Notes under the pieces: model-generated | Databases searched by the model: none | What the model saw: the letters and a program-made list of their open reading frames with translations, nothing else | What the model was told of the DNA's origin: nothing | Program-made: the position numbers and the translations under genes | Shown here: positions 23,959-24,266 of the stretch, one piece after another | Position numbering within the stretch: position 1 is the first letter of the stretch | How the letters are laid out: every line of letters starts with the position of its first letter | DNA from: a virus | Lineage: Duplodnaviria > Caudoviricetes | Direction: 5' to 3' (one strand) | IMG/VR virus record: IMGVR_UViG_3300042402_005088 | Location: 1 to 24,266 of that record | Length of the DNA stretch: 24,266 nt

Positions 23959-24266
23959 TCACGCCACCGCCCGCAGCGCCACCGGCGCCAACGAAGCCAT
24001 CGTGGCCTCAGCCGCATTGCGGACACTCTCCGCCCGAGCCAGCAGCGACGCCCGCTCGCCCTCGTCCAGCCGCCCATCCGCCTGCGCAGACAGCAGCTCC
24101 GACGCCAACGCCCCGGCCTGCGCCACAGCCGCACCCACGGACGCGCCGATGGCGGGCACTTGCACCGCCTCAGGCCGCGCCACCGCCAGCCCCTGCAACC
24201 GCGCCATCGCCCCGGTGACGATCGGCTCGCCCGCGCATTCCTCGAGCTGCAGGATCACGTCCAGAG
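23959..24266 (-). CDS. Phage regulatory CII-like protein, C-terminal part (start outside window)
   Basis: Frame open to the window edge; LDVILQLEECAGEPIVT...LSAQADGRLDEGE pattern typical of CII-like phage regulators at the head of the early operon. Confidence 0.6.
   Translation of the reverse strand, partial: LDVILQLEECAGEPIVTGAMARLQGLAVARPEAVQVPAIGASVGAAVAQAGALASELLSAQADGRLDEGERASLLARAESVRNAAEATMASLAPVALRAVA

Noticed and set aside
1-24266. tRNA/rRNA genes, integrase, att sites, IS elements, lysis genes, host genes
   Set aside because: None recognisable in this window, so prophage versus free phage cannot be decided here.

Overview
The whole window is one lambda-like (cos/GpA terminase) siphovirus or prophage segment of high GC, probably from an alphaproteobacterium (GapR/DUF2312 and DUF6441-type genes). 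It is almost entirely on the minus strand. From right to left: CII-like and early genes, DNA-modification genes, replication, late control, HNH/cos/terminase, head, tail, and a tape measure gene (TMP) cut by the window edge. The stand-out is an accessory cassette at about 3161-5202, inserted just upstream of TMP. It holds a 198-aa Cas7/RAMP-like gene, a translationally coupled 155-aa partner and a non-coding array of 36 GGY triplets separated by variable dinucleotides. GGCAGGC junctions cut the array into three 49-59 nt units, and a hairpin closes it. Reading the variable dinucleotides of the middle unit as codon positions 1-2 gives K/N-E/D-I/M-G-G-T-S-D/E-Q/H-V-L. This nearly matches the phage's own TMP segment KEVGATSDQVL (2579-2611), and two of the four differing codons are synonymous Ser/Leu codon-family swaps. 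I infer a compact RNA-guided system with gapped guides aimed at related phages; from memory it resembles VIPR-type systems, which I could not verify here. All family calls come from motif recognition, not database searches.
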